This document shows positions 19,451 to 29,796 of a stretch of DNA of 64,000 bases, one piece after another; positions within the stretch are counted from its first letter, which is position 1; each line of letters begins with the position of its first letter. The stretch lies in contig CAZJNH010000002.1 in NCBI GenBank assembly GCA_964547425.1, forward strand, positions 1,028 to 65,027, written 5' to 3'. This DNA is from an uncultured Candidatus Saccharibacteria bacterium (GTDB taxonomy: Bacteria > Patescibacteriota > Saccharimonadia > UBA4664 > CAZJNH01). The notes under the pieces are model-generated. The model saw only the letters and a program-made list of their open reading frames with translations, made no database searches and had not been told where the DNA came from. The position numbers were made by a program, and so were the translations under genes.

Positions 19451-20735
19451 ACGCAGGGCTGGTTTGAAGTTACTGAAAAAATTTAAATCGAAATCGGCCG
19501 AAGCTACTACTAAGGAATACCTGGTCGCGCTTGATATTGGCACCGAATTTGTTAAAGCGTTAGTAGGTAAAATCACCGAGCCGGACCGGGTCGAAATTAT
19601 TGGCGCCGGCCGGCAAAGGCAGCGGCTGACCGACATGCAAGGCGGAACGGTGACCGATATTGCCGGAGTCGTCGAGAATTGTGACGCAGCACTCAAGGCT
19701 GCCGAAAAAATGAGCGGCGTGGTGGCTAAGGATGTTGTAATTGGAATTGCCGGCGAATTAGTCAAAGGTACTTCAACTACTGTTCGTTACAAACGCAATA
19801 AACCCGAAAACCCGATTGAAATGGATGAACTGCGCCGCATCCTCGACCGCGTCCAGTACCGGGCGTTTGAAAAAGCCCGCGAGACTTTGCAGTGGGAGAC
19901 GGGGGACAAGGACGTCGAGGTCAAACTGGTAAACACCGCCATCGTCGACGTTAAAATCGATGGCTACCGGGTGACCAACCCAATCGGTTTCCAGGGCAAA
20001 GACGTCAGCATCCAATTGTTTTGCGCCTTTGCGCCGATGGTCCACCTTGGTGCCCTGCAATCCGTCGCCGCCAATCTGGACCTCAACCTTATCAACATCG
20101 CCGCTGAACCTTTCGCGGTCGCCAAATCGGTCGGCGAAGAAGAATCGAGCGAATTTTCGGCTATTTTCATCGACGTCGGCGGCGGCACGACCGACATAGC
20201 GCTGGTTAACAATGGCGGCGTTGAAGGCACCAAAATGTTCGCCATCGGCGGCCGCAGCTTCACCAAGCGCATCGCCCAGGTTACCGGCCAAAGCTTTGAG
20301 GCCGCCGAAAAACTCAAACTCGAATATTCGGCTGGCAAATTAACCTCGGCTAAGGCCCGCGAACAGGTGGAAGAAGCGGTCAACTCCGATATCAAAGTTT
20401 GGCTTTCCGGAGTTGAATTAAGCCTCGCCGAATTCAACAAAATCGACCACCTGCCATCAAAAGTTTTGCTCTGCGGCGGCGGCTCCGGTTTGCCTCAAAT
20501 TATGCACTCACTCAAAAACTCGAGCTGGTACAAAAACCTGCCGTTTGCCCGCAAACCGATCGTCCGCCACATCGCTCCCGCCGAAGTTACCCGGGTCATC
20601 GATAAGACCGGCCAGCTCGTGAGCTACGCCGACATTACCCCGATGGGTCTGGCTAACCTCGGTTTAGATGTTATAAATACTGGTAGCGTGACAGAATCAA
20701 TTATTTCCAAATTAGCCAAAGCGGTCTCGGCATGA
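19437..20735 (+). CDS. ftsA: actin-like cell division ATPase FtsA
   Basis: Phosphate-1 motif LVALDIGTEFVK, GGGTTDIA, C-terminal amphipathic helix; a basic 25-aa N-terminal extension makes the start uncertain. Confidence 0.75.
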   Translation: MTLTKRRAGLKLLKKFKSKSAEATTKEYLVALDIGTEFVKALVGKITEPDRVEIIGAGRQRQRLTDMQGGTVTDIAGVVENCDAALKAAEKMSGVVAKDVVIGIAGELVKGTSTTVRYKRNKPENPIEMDELRRILDRVQYRAFEKARETLQWETGDKDVEVKLVNTAIVDVKIDGYRVTNPIGFQGKDVSIQLFCAFAPMVHLGALQSVAANLDLNLINIAAEPFAVAKSVGEEESSEFSAIFIDVGGGTTDIALVNNGGVEGTKMFAIGGRSFTKRIAQVTGQSFEAAEKLKLEYSAGKLTSAKAREQVEEAVNSDIKVWLSGVELSLAEFNKIDHLPSKVLLCGGGSGLPQIMHSLKNSSWYKNLPFARKPIVRHIAPAEVTRVIDKTGQLVSYADITPMGLANLGLDVINTGSVTESIISKLAKAVSA

Positions 20736-22342
20736 ACCATACTTTGTATCTGGAAGCCGACGAAGACATTACCTCGGCGATCGACAAGCTGTCCCAAGCT
20801 GAAGGCCACGAAGTCAGGCTCGTCGTGCCCAAACGATCAGGGTTACTTTCAAGTGTCATCAATTTGAAGTTACTAAAAAAGGCCGCCCACGACGGTAAAA
20901 AGAAGTTGGTACTAGTGACCACCGATTCCGCAGTTGTAAACCTGGCCAGCCGGGTTGGTTTGGCGGTGGCTGAGAATGTAAAAGCTGACGCTGAAGTACC
21001 CAATCTCGCGGCCGAAACTCCGGTTGCCGACGCCGCCGACGTCATTGAAGAGGATGAGCCCTTCGACTCCGCTCAGGGCAAGCCCGAAGAGTTAGCGCCC
21101 GAACCGGTCATCGCCAGCCGCCCTGTACCGGATGATGGGCCAGTTGAGGACGCCGTTCCAGATGAACCAGCCAAAAAACCTAAAGGCAAAGGCCTAAAGG
21201 TGCCCGATTTTGGCAGTTTCCAGAAGCGATTACTCCTCGGCGGCGGAGTTGTCGCGGCGATTATCGCGCTCTATCTGCTGAATTTCTTCTTCAAGTCCGC
21301 GGACATTACTATTTTCGCCAAGGGCGCTCAAATTCCGAGCGAAACTAGCTTCAAGGCCGTAGAGGGCGCTGAAGCCGACCCTAAAGCCGGCGAAGTTTCT
21401 ACAACCACCCTGACCGACTCCAAAGACGCTTCGGACTCCTTTACCGCGACCGGCAAAAAAGACGTCGGCACCAAGGCCAAGGGGTCCGTCAGCATCAAAA
21501 ACTGTGACGACACCAGCGCCCATTCCTTCGCGGCTGGCTCGAAGGTGACTTCTCAAGGCAAAACCTTCGCGACCGCATCGACGGTCACTATCCCCGCGGG
21601 CTCGTTTTCCGGCGGAGGAACGATCTGTAATTCGACAACCGTATCGGTTAACGTTACCGCTACAGCAAACGGTGACAGTTATAATTTAGCCCCGGCATCC
21701 TATAGCAGTCCAAGCCTAAACTCCAACTACAAAATAAGCGGAGAACAGATGAGTGGCGGTACCTCAAAGATACTAAGCGTCGTTACCGCGACCGACGTCA
21801 GCGCCGCCAAGGCCAAGCTGGCCGCTGCCGACGACAGCATCAAAAAAGACCTGGCCCAAAAAGCTACTTCCGACCAAATCGCCGCCAAAAGCACCTTTAA
21901 CGCTTCGGTCGCCGATCTGACTCCCAACCCTGCCGTAGGGGCCGAAGGCAACACCTTTACCTTGTCGGGTACCATCAAATACACCATGCTGGCGGTCGAC
22001 AAAAAAGGCTTAGAGGAGCTAATTAATGAAGATGTGGGTGCCAAGATCGGAAAAGATAACCAAATCTATGACACCGGCGCCGCTACTGCCGACATTACCC
22101 CGACCGGTGCCAAAAATACCTACAGCGTTAAAACCACCGTCTTCGCCGGCGCCAAGCTGGACCAAACCAAAATCAAAGCCGTCATTAAAGGTAAAAAACT
22201 GGGCGCGGCCGGTGACGAAATCGAAAAACTGGCCGGCGTCGACAAGGCCGAAATCAGCTTGTCACCCTTCTGGGTGGCGACCGTCCCGCGGATCACCTCA
22301 CATATCCATATTAAGATCAAGGTCGTCCAGGCCGGCGGCTAA
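20732..22342 (+). CDS. membrane-anchored protein: about 90-aa N-terminal cytoplasmic domain, acidic/Pro linker, one TM, Thr/Ser/Ala-rich extracytoplasmic domain; translationally coupled to ftsA
   Basis: ATGA overlap with the ftsA stop; hydrophobic helix LLLGGGVVAAIIALYLL; low-complexity external domain; no recognisable family. Confidence 0.45.
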   Translation: MNHTLYLEADEDITSAIDKLSQAEGHEVRLVVPKRSGLLSSVINLKLLKKAAHDGKKKLVLVTTDSAVVNLASRVGLAVAENVKADAEVPNLAAETPVADAADVIEEDEPFDSAQGKPEELAPEPVIASRPVPDDGPVEDAVPDEPAKKPKGKGLKVPDFGSFQKRLLLGGGVVAAIIALYLLNFFFKSADITIFAKGAQIPSETSFKAVEGAEADPKAGEVSTTTLTDSKDASDSFTATGKKDVGTKAKGSVSIKNCDDTSAHSFAAGSKVTSQGKTFATASTVTIPAGSFSGGGTICNSTTVSVNVTATANGDSYNLAPASYSSPSLNSNYKISGEQMSGGTSKILSVVTATDVSAAKAKLAAADDSIKKDLAQKATSDQIAAKSTFNASVADLTPNPAVGAEGNTFTLSGTIKYTMLAVDKKGLEELINEDVGAKIGKDNQIYDTGAATADITPTGAKNTYSVKTTVFAGAKLDQTKIKAVIKGKKLGAAGDEIEKLAGVDKAEISLSPFWVATVPRITSHIHIKIKVVQAGG

Positions 22343-22346
22343 ATCT

Positions 22347-22730
22347 ATGAATCTACTGGGGATAGATTACGGCTACAAACGGGTAGGGCTGGCTTTCGGC
22401 AGCGACGAAACCAAAGCCGCCGAACCGCTTGAAACCCTGGTCAATGACGACGGCCTACTTACTCGTTTGCGCCAAATTATCTCTGACCGCAATGTTGGTA
22501 AGTTAGTCGTTGGTTTGCCTCGCGGCCTGGAGGGCCAACCAACCCAGCAAACCCGGGTGGTAGAGGAGTTTGTCGCCCAGGTTCTTTCCGAACTACAGAT
22601 ACCTATCGAAACCGTTGACGAGGCGGTCACTAGCGAGGTTGCCAGACAAACCGTTGGCCCGGCTGCCCCCAAAACGGCGGTTGATGCCGAAGCCGCCGCG
22701 ATCATTTTGCGGGATTATCTGAATCAGTGA
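22347..22730 (+). CDS. ruvX: Holliday junction resolvase-like protein RuvX/YqgF
   Basis: N-terminus MNLLGIDYGYKRVGLAFG typical of YqgF; the ORF-track entry 22026..22730 carries a spurious upstream extension. Confidence 0.8.
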   Translation: MNLLGIDYGYKRVGLAFGSDETKAAEPLETLVNDDGLLTRLRQIISDRNVGKLVVGLPRGLEGQPTQQTRVVEEFVAQVLSELQIPIETVDEAVTSEVARQTVGPAAPKTAVDAEAAAIILRDYLNQ

Positions 22731-23722
22731 AGTTCACCAAGCGACATATTCTCATAGTGTCAGCCGCGGCGGCCGGCTTACTATTGCTCAGCGGTATCAC
22801 CTGGTACGAAGTCAGCCTGCGCCCGCCAAACGCCAGCGACCATTCGGCGGTCAGCTTTGAGTTGCCTAAAGGTGAAAAAAGCACTGAGACCGCCAGCCGC
22901 CTGGAAAAGGCCCAGTTAATTCGGGACGAACACGCCTTTTTAATCTTTATCATCATCCACGGCATTCGCGCCAAACTGCAGGCCGGCAGTTACTCGCTGT
23001 CGCCATCACATTCGGCCAGCGATGTCGCCGCGATCTTGAGCCAGGGCAAAATCTCGACCAATCTGCTGATAATTCCGGAGGGCAAAAACCTTAGCCAAAT
23101 CATTAAACTGGCCGAAGCCAAAGGCATACAATCGGCCGACATGAAAGCGGCACTAGCAAAGCAGTACGGTTACAGTTTCCTTAAGGGCGCTCCAGGTTTA
23201 GAGGGGTATCTCTTCCCCGATAGTTATCAAGTCAACAAAAAGACAACGGCTAGCGATTTAGTAAACGACATGCTCGCCAACTTTGCCCAAAAAGTGCCGG
23301 CAAAGTTCACCCCGCTATTCAAACGCCAGGGTTTGAGTCTGCATGATGGGTTAATTCTGGCCTCGATGATCGAGAAGGAGGTTAATACCGCCGCCGATCG
23401 GCCCAAAGTCGCCCAAGTTTTCCTGCGCCGGCTCAGGATTGGGATGGCGCTGGAGTCCGACACCACCGTAGAGTACGCGGCTGCCCAACTGGGCTTAGCT
23501 TTCAGTATCGACCTGGACTCGCCTTACAACACCTACAGCCACACCGGATTGCCGCCCGGGCCAATTTCAAATCCTGGACTATCCGCTCTTCAGGCAGTCG
23601 CCAATCCGGCTAAAACCAACTACCTATACTTCGTTACCGGGCGCGACGGCAAGACTCGTTTCGCTGTGACTTTTTCCCAGCACCAAGCCAATATTGCTCG
23701 GTACGGCTTGATCAGCCGATAA
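22727..23722 (+). CDS. mltG: endolytic murein transglycosylase MltG (YceG-like)
   Basis: N-terminal TM then the YceG domain; conserved Glu region (ASMIEKE). Confidence 0.8.
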   Translation: MKFTKRHILIVSAAAAGLLLLSGITWYEVSLRPPNASDHSAVSFELPKGEKSTETASRLEKAQLIRDEHAFLIFIIIHGIRAKLQAGSYSLSPSHSASDVAAILSQGKISTNLLIIPEGKNLSQIIKLAEAKGIQSADMKAALAKQYGYSFLKGAPGLEGYLFPDSYQVNKKTTASDLVNDMLANFAQKVPAKFTPLFKRQGLSLHDGLILASMIEKEVNTAADRPKVAQVFLRRLRIGMALESDTTVEYAAAQLGLAFSIDLDSPYNTYSHTGLPPGPISNPGLSALQAVANPAKTNYLYFVTGRDGKTRFAVTFSQHQANIARYGLISR

Positions 23723-23768
23723 GGGAATTGACACTACTGACACCGATTGCTAAACTTACCTTCGTATA

Positions 23769-24980
23769 TTGATAAGCGTTAGCGCAATGCTAACCGTGAA
23801 GTGGAGTATCTTTATTAGTAGAGAAGCTCTAGGCGGCTCGCTCGAGTCTTTTCCGCCAGCCAACTGGCAGCTAGGAGCCGAGACCGCTCAGCCCTTTTCG
23901 AAAATAAAATTGCCCAGACCGCCAAAAATAGCCCATTTCGCTTCTTCACGAAGCCGGGGCCGCGGTCTTAGCCTAGTCAAAATCGCCAAAGCTGTCGTCG
24001 CCCGTCCACGGGTGTTGGTTCACTTTGCTGTGGCTCTAGGCTTAGTAGGCATCGTCGCCGGCTCCAGTCTTAACCAGCTGGGGGTCGCTTCGCTTCAGGC
24101 ACGCACCGGCGGTTACGGTTCGGCGCTTGATCAAATCTCAACCACCACCTTAGCCGCTGAAATCGCCCAAAAAGCTAACTTCATGGCGGCTACCGATGCG
24201 GTCAAACAAGCCGACACGCTTAGCTCCCAAGTAGCTTTACCTACCGCCAGCGATACCGTTCTGGCCAAGCGAGAAGTGGTAGAAACCGCTGGCAGTGAAC
24301 GCCGTACCATCCGCAATTATTCAGCCGCCCCCGGCGACACCGTCTCCGGCATCGCGGCCAAGTTTGGCGTTACAACCGACACCATTAAGTGGGCCAACCA
24401 CCTAAGCGACGTCGACACTCTTGCCCCAGGTACCGAGTTAACGATCCTGCCGATTACCGGGTTGCTTTACCGCGTCCAGTCCGGTGACACCGCCTCTAGC
24501 ATCGCCGACAAGTTCCAGGCCAACGCCGCGCAGATTATTAGCTTCAACAACGCCGAAATCAAAGGCTTGCAGGTTGGGCAACGGATTGTTGTTCCCGACG
24601 GAGTCCAGGCTGACGCTGCTCCGGCTCCGGCTTCGACCTACTCCAACTCGCCAGCCCCAGCCCTAACCGCCTACTACGGCGCCGGCAATGGTTATGACTT
24701 CGGTTACTGCACTTGGTACGTGGCCAGCCGCCGGTCGGTCCCCTCAAACTGGGGCAACGCCGCCAACTGGTATTACAACGCTCAATTCAGTGGCTTTAAA
24801 GTCGGTGACACCCCGCGCGCCGGTGCCATCGCCTGGACGGGAGCCGGTTACGCCGGACACGTCGCCTACGTCGAATCCGTTCATGGCGGTATGGTGACCG
24901 TTTCGGAAATGAACTATGGCGGTTGGGACCAAGTCACCTACCGCACCGTCCCTTCATCCTACTTCCGCTACATCTACTAG
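23769..24980 (+). CDS. LysM-repeat plus CHAP-domain peptidoglycan hydrolase
   Basis: Two LysM-like segments (DTVSGIAAKFGV.., DTASSIADKF..) and a C-terminal CHAP (GYCTWYV .. GHVAYV); the start is probably downstream of 23769. Confidence 0.7.
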   Translation: MISVSAMLTVKWSIFISREALGGSLESFPPANWQLGAETAQPFSKIKLPRPPKIAHFASSRSRGRGLSLVKIAKAVVARPRVLVHFAVALGLVGIVAGSSLNQLGVASLQARTGGYGSALDQISTTTLAAEIAQKANFMAATDAVKQADTLSSQVALPTASDTVLAKREVVETAGSERRTIRNYSAAPGDTVSGIAAKFGVTTDTIKWANHLSDVDTLAPGTELTILPITGLLYRVQSGDTASSIADKFQANAAQIISFNNAEIKGLQVGQRIVVPDGVQADAAPAPASTYSNSPAPALTAYYGAGNGYDFGYCTWYVASRRSVPSNWGNAANWYYNAQFSGFKVGDTPRAGAIAWTGAGYAGHVAYVESVHGGMVTVSEMNYGGWDQVTYRTVPSSYFRYIY

Positions 24981-24985
24981 TTTTG

Positions 24986-25111
24986 AAAAAAGGTCTGACT
25001 CTTTTTAACTGAAAGGGTTCGACCCTAAACAAACTATGTAACTAACGTTTAGATGAAGAAGGGTCGAACCCTAGTCAAGCCATGGGTTGTGCAGGGTCAG
25101 ACCTTTTTTAG
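24986..25111. repeat. nested inverted-repeat (REPIN-like) element: outer 14-bp IR AAAAAAGGTCTGAC/GTCAGACCTTTTTT enclosing the inverted pair GGGTTCGACCC/GGGTCGAACCC
   Basis: Read directly from the sequence; the inner repeats are related to the family-1 REP core; sits between the CHAP gene and obg. Confidence 0.8.
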
Positions 25112-25131
25112 CTTGCAACAGGTATAATTAG

Positions 25132-26388
<1,257 letters not shown>

Positions 26389-26403
26389 TCTAGGCTTGGT
26401 TAT

Positions 26404-26479
26404 GGGGCATTAGCTCAGTTGGTAGAGCGCTACATTCGCATTGTAGAGGCCGCCGGTTCGAATCCGGCATGCTCCACCA
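26404..26479 (+). tRNA. tRNA-Ala (anticodon CGC)
   Basis: Cloverleaf folded by hand: acceptor GGGGCAT/ATGCTCC with the G3:U70 pair, anticodon loop TTCGCAT, T-loop TTCGAAT, encoded CCA. Confidence 0.85.
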
Positions 26480-26488
26480 GGACTTATT

Positions 26489-27193
26489 TTAGCTTTTGGT
26501 AAACGTAACTTTGTCGACATTAACCGCCGCACCTTTTTCTACACCGAAGCGGTATTCAACTCCATGCTCGGTGGAAGCCATATTGGTGTTGGAGACGGTC
26601 CTTGGGGTTTGGCTCGGTAAGCATGTTGTCCTCCACTGCCCAGTTCGAATCACAAACCTGATTGTGGCGTGGGTGTATGAACCCATTGCGGCGCCATTAC
26701 CGCTGATTGGGCACACCAAGGTTGCGCCAATAACATAACCGCAGCCAGGCGTACCGCACGCGCTAACGTTGGCGTGAAACGTGGTTTGACCCAGAGATCG
26801 GTAATAAAACGATACTGTGTAGTAGTTGTAGCCGGCGTTACGGTCATTTGTTACGTTCCAGGTCGTATAAGGTCCATACCAGTTAAGGCCAGAGCCTAAT
26901 GGGAAAGCCTGCCAAGCTTTGTTATCACCTTTACAGGTGAACTTCCCGGAGGGGTGGTTAATCGCAGGTGTCGCATAGTCGTTGACCGTAGCGCCTTTAG
27001 TAACTCTAACCCCACCCGTATTGCAACTTCCAGTGCTACCACTTTGCTCGTAGACATAGCCAGCTGGCGCCACCGACGCGTGGGCGAAAAGGAGGCGATA
27101 GCCTAAATAAATAGCGCCGATCGCAAGTATGGCGATGACGGCTGATTCGAAGCGTTTTTGTTTTTTGAGTAGGGCTTTTTTTGTTTTTGGCAT
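26489..27193 (-). CDS. secreted Cys-containing protein of unknown function
   Basis: 234 aa, basic N-terminus plus TM/signal, 8 Cys, Gly/Thr/Tyr-rich; no family recognised. Confidence 0.4.
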   Translation of the reverse strand: MPKTKKALLKKQKRFESAVIAILAIGAIYLGYRLLFAHASVAPAGYVYEQSGSTGSCNTGGVRVTKGATVNDYATPAINHPSGKFTCKGDNKAWQAFPLGSGLNWYGPYTTWNVTNDRNAGYNYYTVSFYYRSLGQTTFHANVSACGTPGCGYVIGATLVCPISGNGAAMGSYTHATIRFVIRTGQWRTTCLPSQTPRTVSNTNMASTEHGVEYRFGVEKGAAVNVDKVTFTKS

Positions 27194-27251
27194 GTTCCTA
27201 AAATAATTACCTGATGATGCTAAGATATACTATAGTAAAAGCATAAGCAAT

Positions 27252-27701
27252 ATGGCTAAAACGTTTCTGCGCATTCGCAAAAAATATAATCAGGCCACGT
27301 TTTATCTAACGGCCGCGGCCGCTATGGCGGTTGGCACCTACTTGTTGCTCCACGCTCTGGCTTCCGCGCCGGTTATGGCCCATTTTGTTCCTCCGGACCA
27401 CGGCACCGCTTTTAATAAAGGTGAGTTTGTCGTGTTTGGGGTCACCGACCACACCCAGCAGGGCATTACCTTTACCGACAACGCGCCATGGGAGGTGGTC
27501 GACGAGCATAACAATCAGGTCTTTAAACCCGTCGCGGTCAAGGATTTCAGCGCGTTGTCTGTCCAAGAGAATCGGTACTGGAGCTGGGATCAAGACGACC
27601 AAGGTGGCCATCAGGTTTCGTCCGGTAAATACACCATCATTATCAATTACCAAGTTGACCACAAGGCCGCCGAGGCCAAGCTAGATCTCACAATCAGATA
27701 A
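27252..27701 (+). CDS. small secreted protein of unknown function
   Basis: 149 aa with a signal anchor; no motif recognised. Confidence 0.4.
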   Translation: MAKTFLRIRKKYNQATFYLTAAAAMAVGTYLLLHALASAPVMAHFVPPDHGTAFNKGEFVVFGVTDHTQQGITFTDNAPWEVVDEHNNQVFKPVAVKDFSALSVQENRYWSWDQDDQGGHQVSSGKYTIIINYQVDHKAAEAKLDLTIR

Positions 27702-27708
27702 ATAAATC

Positions 27709-27766
27709 CTGGTGGAGATAAGGAGGCTCGAACTCCTGACCTGTCGCCTGCGGCGACCGCTCTACC
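27709..27766 (-). pseudogene. 3' portion of a tRNA-Ala-like gene (D-loop remnant, 6-bp/3-nt hairpin, AGGTC, T-arm, acceptor 3' strand, CCA)
   Basis: Minus-strand sequence GGTAGAGCGGTCGCCGCAGGCGACAGGTCAGGAGTTCGAGCCTCCTTATCTCCACCA; its acceptor 3' strand pairs perfectly, including G3:U70, with the 5' piece at 28101..28145. Confidence 0.6.
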
Positions 27767-27782
27767 TTCTAGGAATTAGTCC

Positions 27783-28094
<312 letters not shown>

Positions 28095-28100
28095 GACTTT

Positions 28101-28145
28101 GACCTGTCGCCGATGGCGACCGCTCTACCAACTGAGCTATATCCC
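28101..28145 (-). pseudogene. 5' portion of a tRNA-Ala-like gene (acceptor 5' strand, D-arm, then a 6-bp/3-nt hairpin in place of the anticodon arm)
   Basis: Minus-strand sequence GGGGATATAGCTCAGTTGGTAGAGCGGTCGCCATCGGCGACAGGTC; shares a 29-nt segment with the 3' piece at 27738..27766. Confidence 0.6.
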
Positions 28146-28164
28146 CTTGAACCAAAAGATATTA

Positions 28165-28202
28165 GCATTTTGGCATCGAATAGAAAAGGCTCCCGCGGTG
28201 AG
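28165..28202 (-). terminator. rho-independent terminator for the small CC-motif gene
   Basis: Minus strand GGCTCCCGCCTCACCGCGGGAGCC followed by TTTTCTATT. Confidence 0.6.
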
Positions 28203-28245
28203 GCGGGAGCCTGGAAGATTTCCCCGAAGGGCCGTTCTTCAACGG

Positions 28246-28473
28246 TTACTTCAGCGGTGAAGCGGTCGGAGGGGCATGAACATGACCGCAGCACTGCTTG
28301 GTGTCTGGAGTTGCGACCGGAAGGCCACCTCGCTGGTTGGGCCGGACCGGTTGTCCGCAACATTGCTTGGGGTAGGCGGGCGGGTGTGTGGAACTGTGGC
28401 TCATCGTGACCGCCCAAAAGACTCCAAGCCCAACGATCGCCACGCCGACTACCACTACCATCCATCGACGCAT
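28246..28473 (-). CDS. small membrane-anchored protein with duplicated QCCG motifs
   Basis: 75 aa; strong RBS GGAGGT 6 nt before the ATG; N-terminal TM; PKQCCGQPV and TKQCCGHVH repeats; followed by its own terminator. Confidence 0.5.
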   Translation of the reverse strand: MRRWMVVVVGVAIVGLGVFWAVTMSHSSTHPPAYPKQCCGQPVRPNQRGGLPVATPDTKQCCGHVHAPPTASPLK

Positions 28474-28581
28474 AGCTTTACCTCCATTCCAGAGTTTAAA
28501 GCCGCTACATTATAACAAAAAGATTACTCTTTGTCAATAGTAACCTTGTCAGAGCATTAGTATTATGATATAAAGTCCCCA

Positions 28582-29772
28582 ATGCCTTCAAAAGCTCTGA
28601 AAAATAAGGTTAAACTTGATCGGCTGACCGCTATTGTTGCGGCCGTTTTGGCGGTTGCTGCCGGCTATATTGCGTTAAGGATATTTGCGGCTGGCCCTCC
28701 ATCCCTGTCTTCAGCATGCGTAAAAAGCAGCAGAGTCCTTCGCCAGAAGCGGGTTAGCCCAACGACACTGGCTGCTTCTAATTCCGCGACTGCAGCGACA
28801 GCAATCACCCTGGGCGATTCGGACGGAAGCCAGTTTGAACAACATCGACCTCCGCGAAGCTGGAAGCCGCTTATGGCAACCGATGCGGAACTGGCCTATT
28901 ACGGTTTTCCAAAGCGTCCAACCGACCCTAAAGGCTTGGCTGACTGGAACAAAACCTACAAGAATTTTTCGGGCTTTGAGCCAGTCGGCGACTGTGTCAC
29001 CAATACGCGGTTCGGCCAGATCGAAAACGACAATAACCCTACTTGGGCTGGCTGGGTGGCGACCGGTCACAGTAATTTCACTAGCTCACAAACTAGAGTA
29101 ACCGTCCCGCGGGACATTGCCGCTTGTCCTCACCCCAGCGCATTAGGAATCTGGACCGGCATAGGTGGACAGTATCCAAACAACGGCAAGTTTTACCCGA
29201 ATTCCGGCTTATTTCAAAACGGTATCGACGACAACGGTACCGGCTCCCTCAATAATTGGACATGGTTTTGGGAGATCCTGCCCGATAAGGGACACGTCGT
29301 TTCCGGTAGCTCAACTCCGGGGCAATCCATAATTTTCTCGACTAAGTATAATCCTAGTTATAAGTCCAGCGGTGAGGTCACCTTCTTTTGGTACAACAGT
29401 TCGACTGGCAAATCCAATAACGTTGTCCACGTATCCGGCAATATCGGCACGACACAATATCCAAGCTACGTCCCGGTTAATCAGCTTTACGATGGCCGAA
29501 CCGCGGAAGCGATTGTTGAGCGGCCTCCGACAAAGCTTAACCCGGATGGCAGTTTTGCGGCGGTCGCGGATTTACGCAAATGGAGTACTGGCCCAATGGC
29601 CGTTAGCGCCGTTGGTGCAGGCTACGGGGGAGGCTCCATCGCGCCGGTCGGAAACTACCCATATATCAGGTCTGTCATGACAACCCTCAAAACCAACAAG
29701 GTCATCGCCTCTACGCATTACTTGAGCACCAGTAGTTTCCAGCTCAATCACAGCTCAATCTGCGGCGAATAA
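28582..29772 (+). CDS. secreted peptidase G1 (eqolisin/scytalidoglutamic peptidase)-like protein
   Basis: Signal anchor; segments IWTGIGGQY and TAEAIVE resemble the catalytic Gln and Glu regions of G1 peptidases; assignment from motifs only. Confidence 0.45.
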   Translation: MPSKALKNKVKLDRLTAIVAAVLAVAAGYIALRIFAAGPPSLSSACVKSSRVLRQKRVSPTTLAASNSATAATAITLGDSDGSQFEQHRPPRSWKPLMATDAELAYYGFPKRPTDPKGLADWNKTYKNFSGFEPVGDCVTNTRFGQIENDNNPTWAGWVATGHSNFTSSQTRVTVPRDIAACPHPSALGIWTGIGGQYPNNGKFYPNSGLFQNGIDDNGTGSLNNWTWFWEILPDKGHVVSGSSTPGQSIIFSTKYNPSYKSSGEVTFFWYNSSTGKSNNVVHVSGNIGTTQYPSYVPVNQLYDGRTAEAIVERPPTKLNPDGSFAAVADLRKWSTGPMAVSAVGAGYGGGSIAPVGNYPYIRSVMTTLKTNKVIASTHYLSTSSFQLNHSSICGE

Positions 29773-29796
29773 CCCCAATCCTGATAAAATAAACTT

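Noticed and set aside
22026-22346. N-terminal extension of the ruvX ORF (ORF track 22026..22730) and the overlapping plus-strand ORFs inside the preceding gene
   Set aside because: The extension is low-complexity Pro/Ser/Lys-rich and overlaps the end of the preceding gene in another frame. A conserved YqgF N-terminus, MNLLGIDYG, begins at 22347.
27709-27766. tRNA 3' fragment interpreted as an attL/attR remnant of an integrated element
   Set aside because: The fragment is not a copy of the 3' end of the adjacent tRNA-Ala(GGC), whose T-arm and acceptor sequences differ, and no integrase or recombinase is nearby. It pairs instead with the 5' fragment at 28101..28145.
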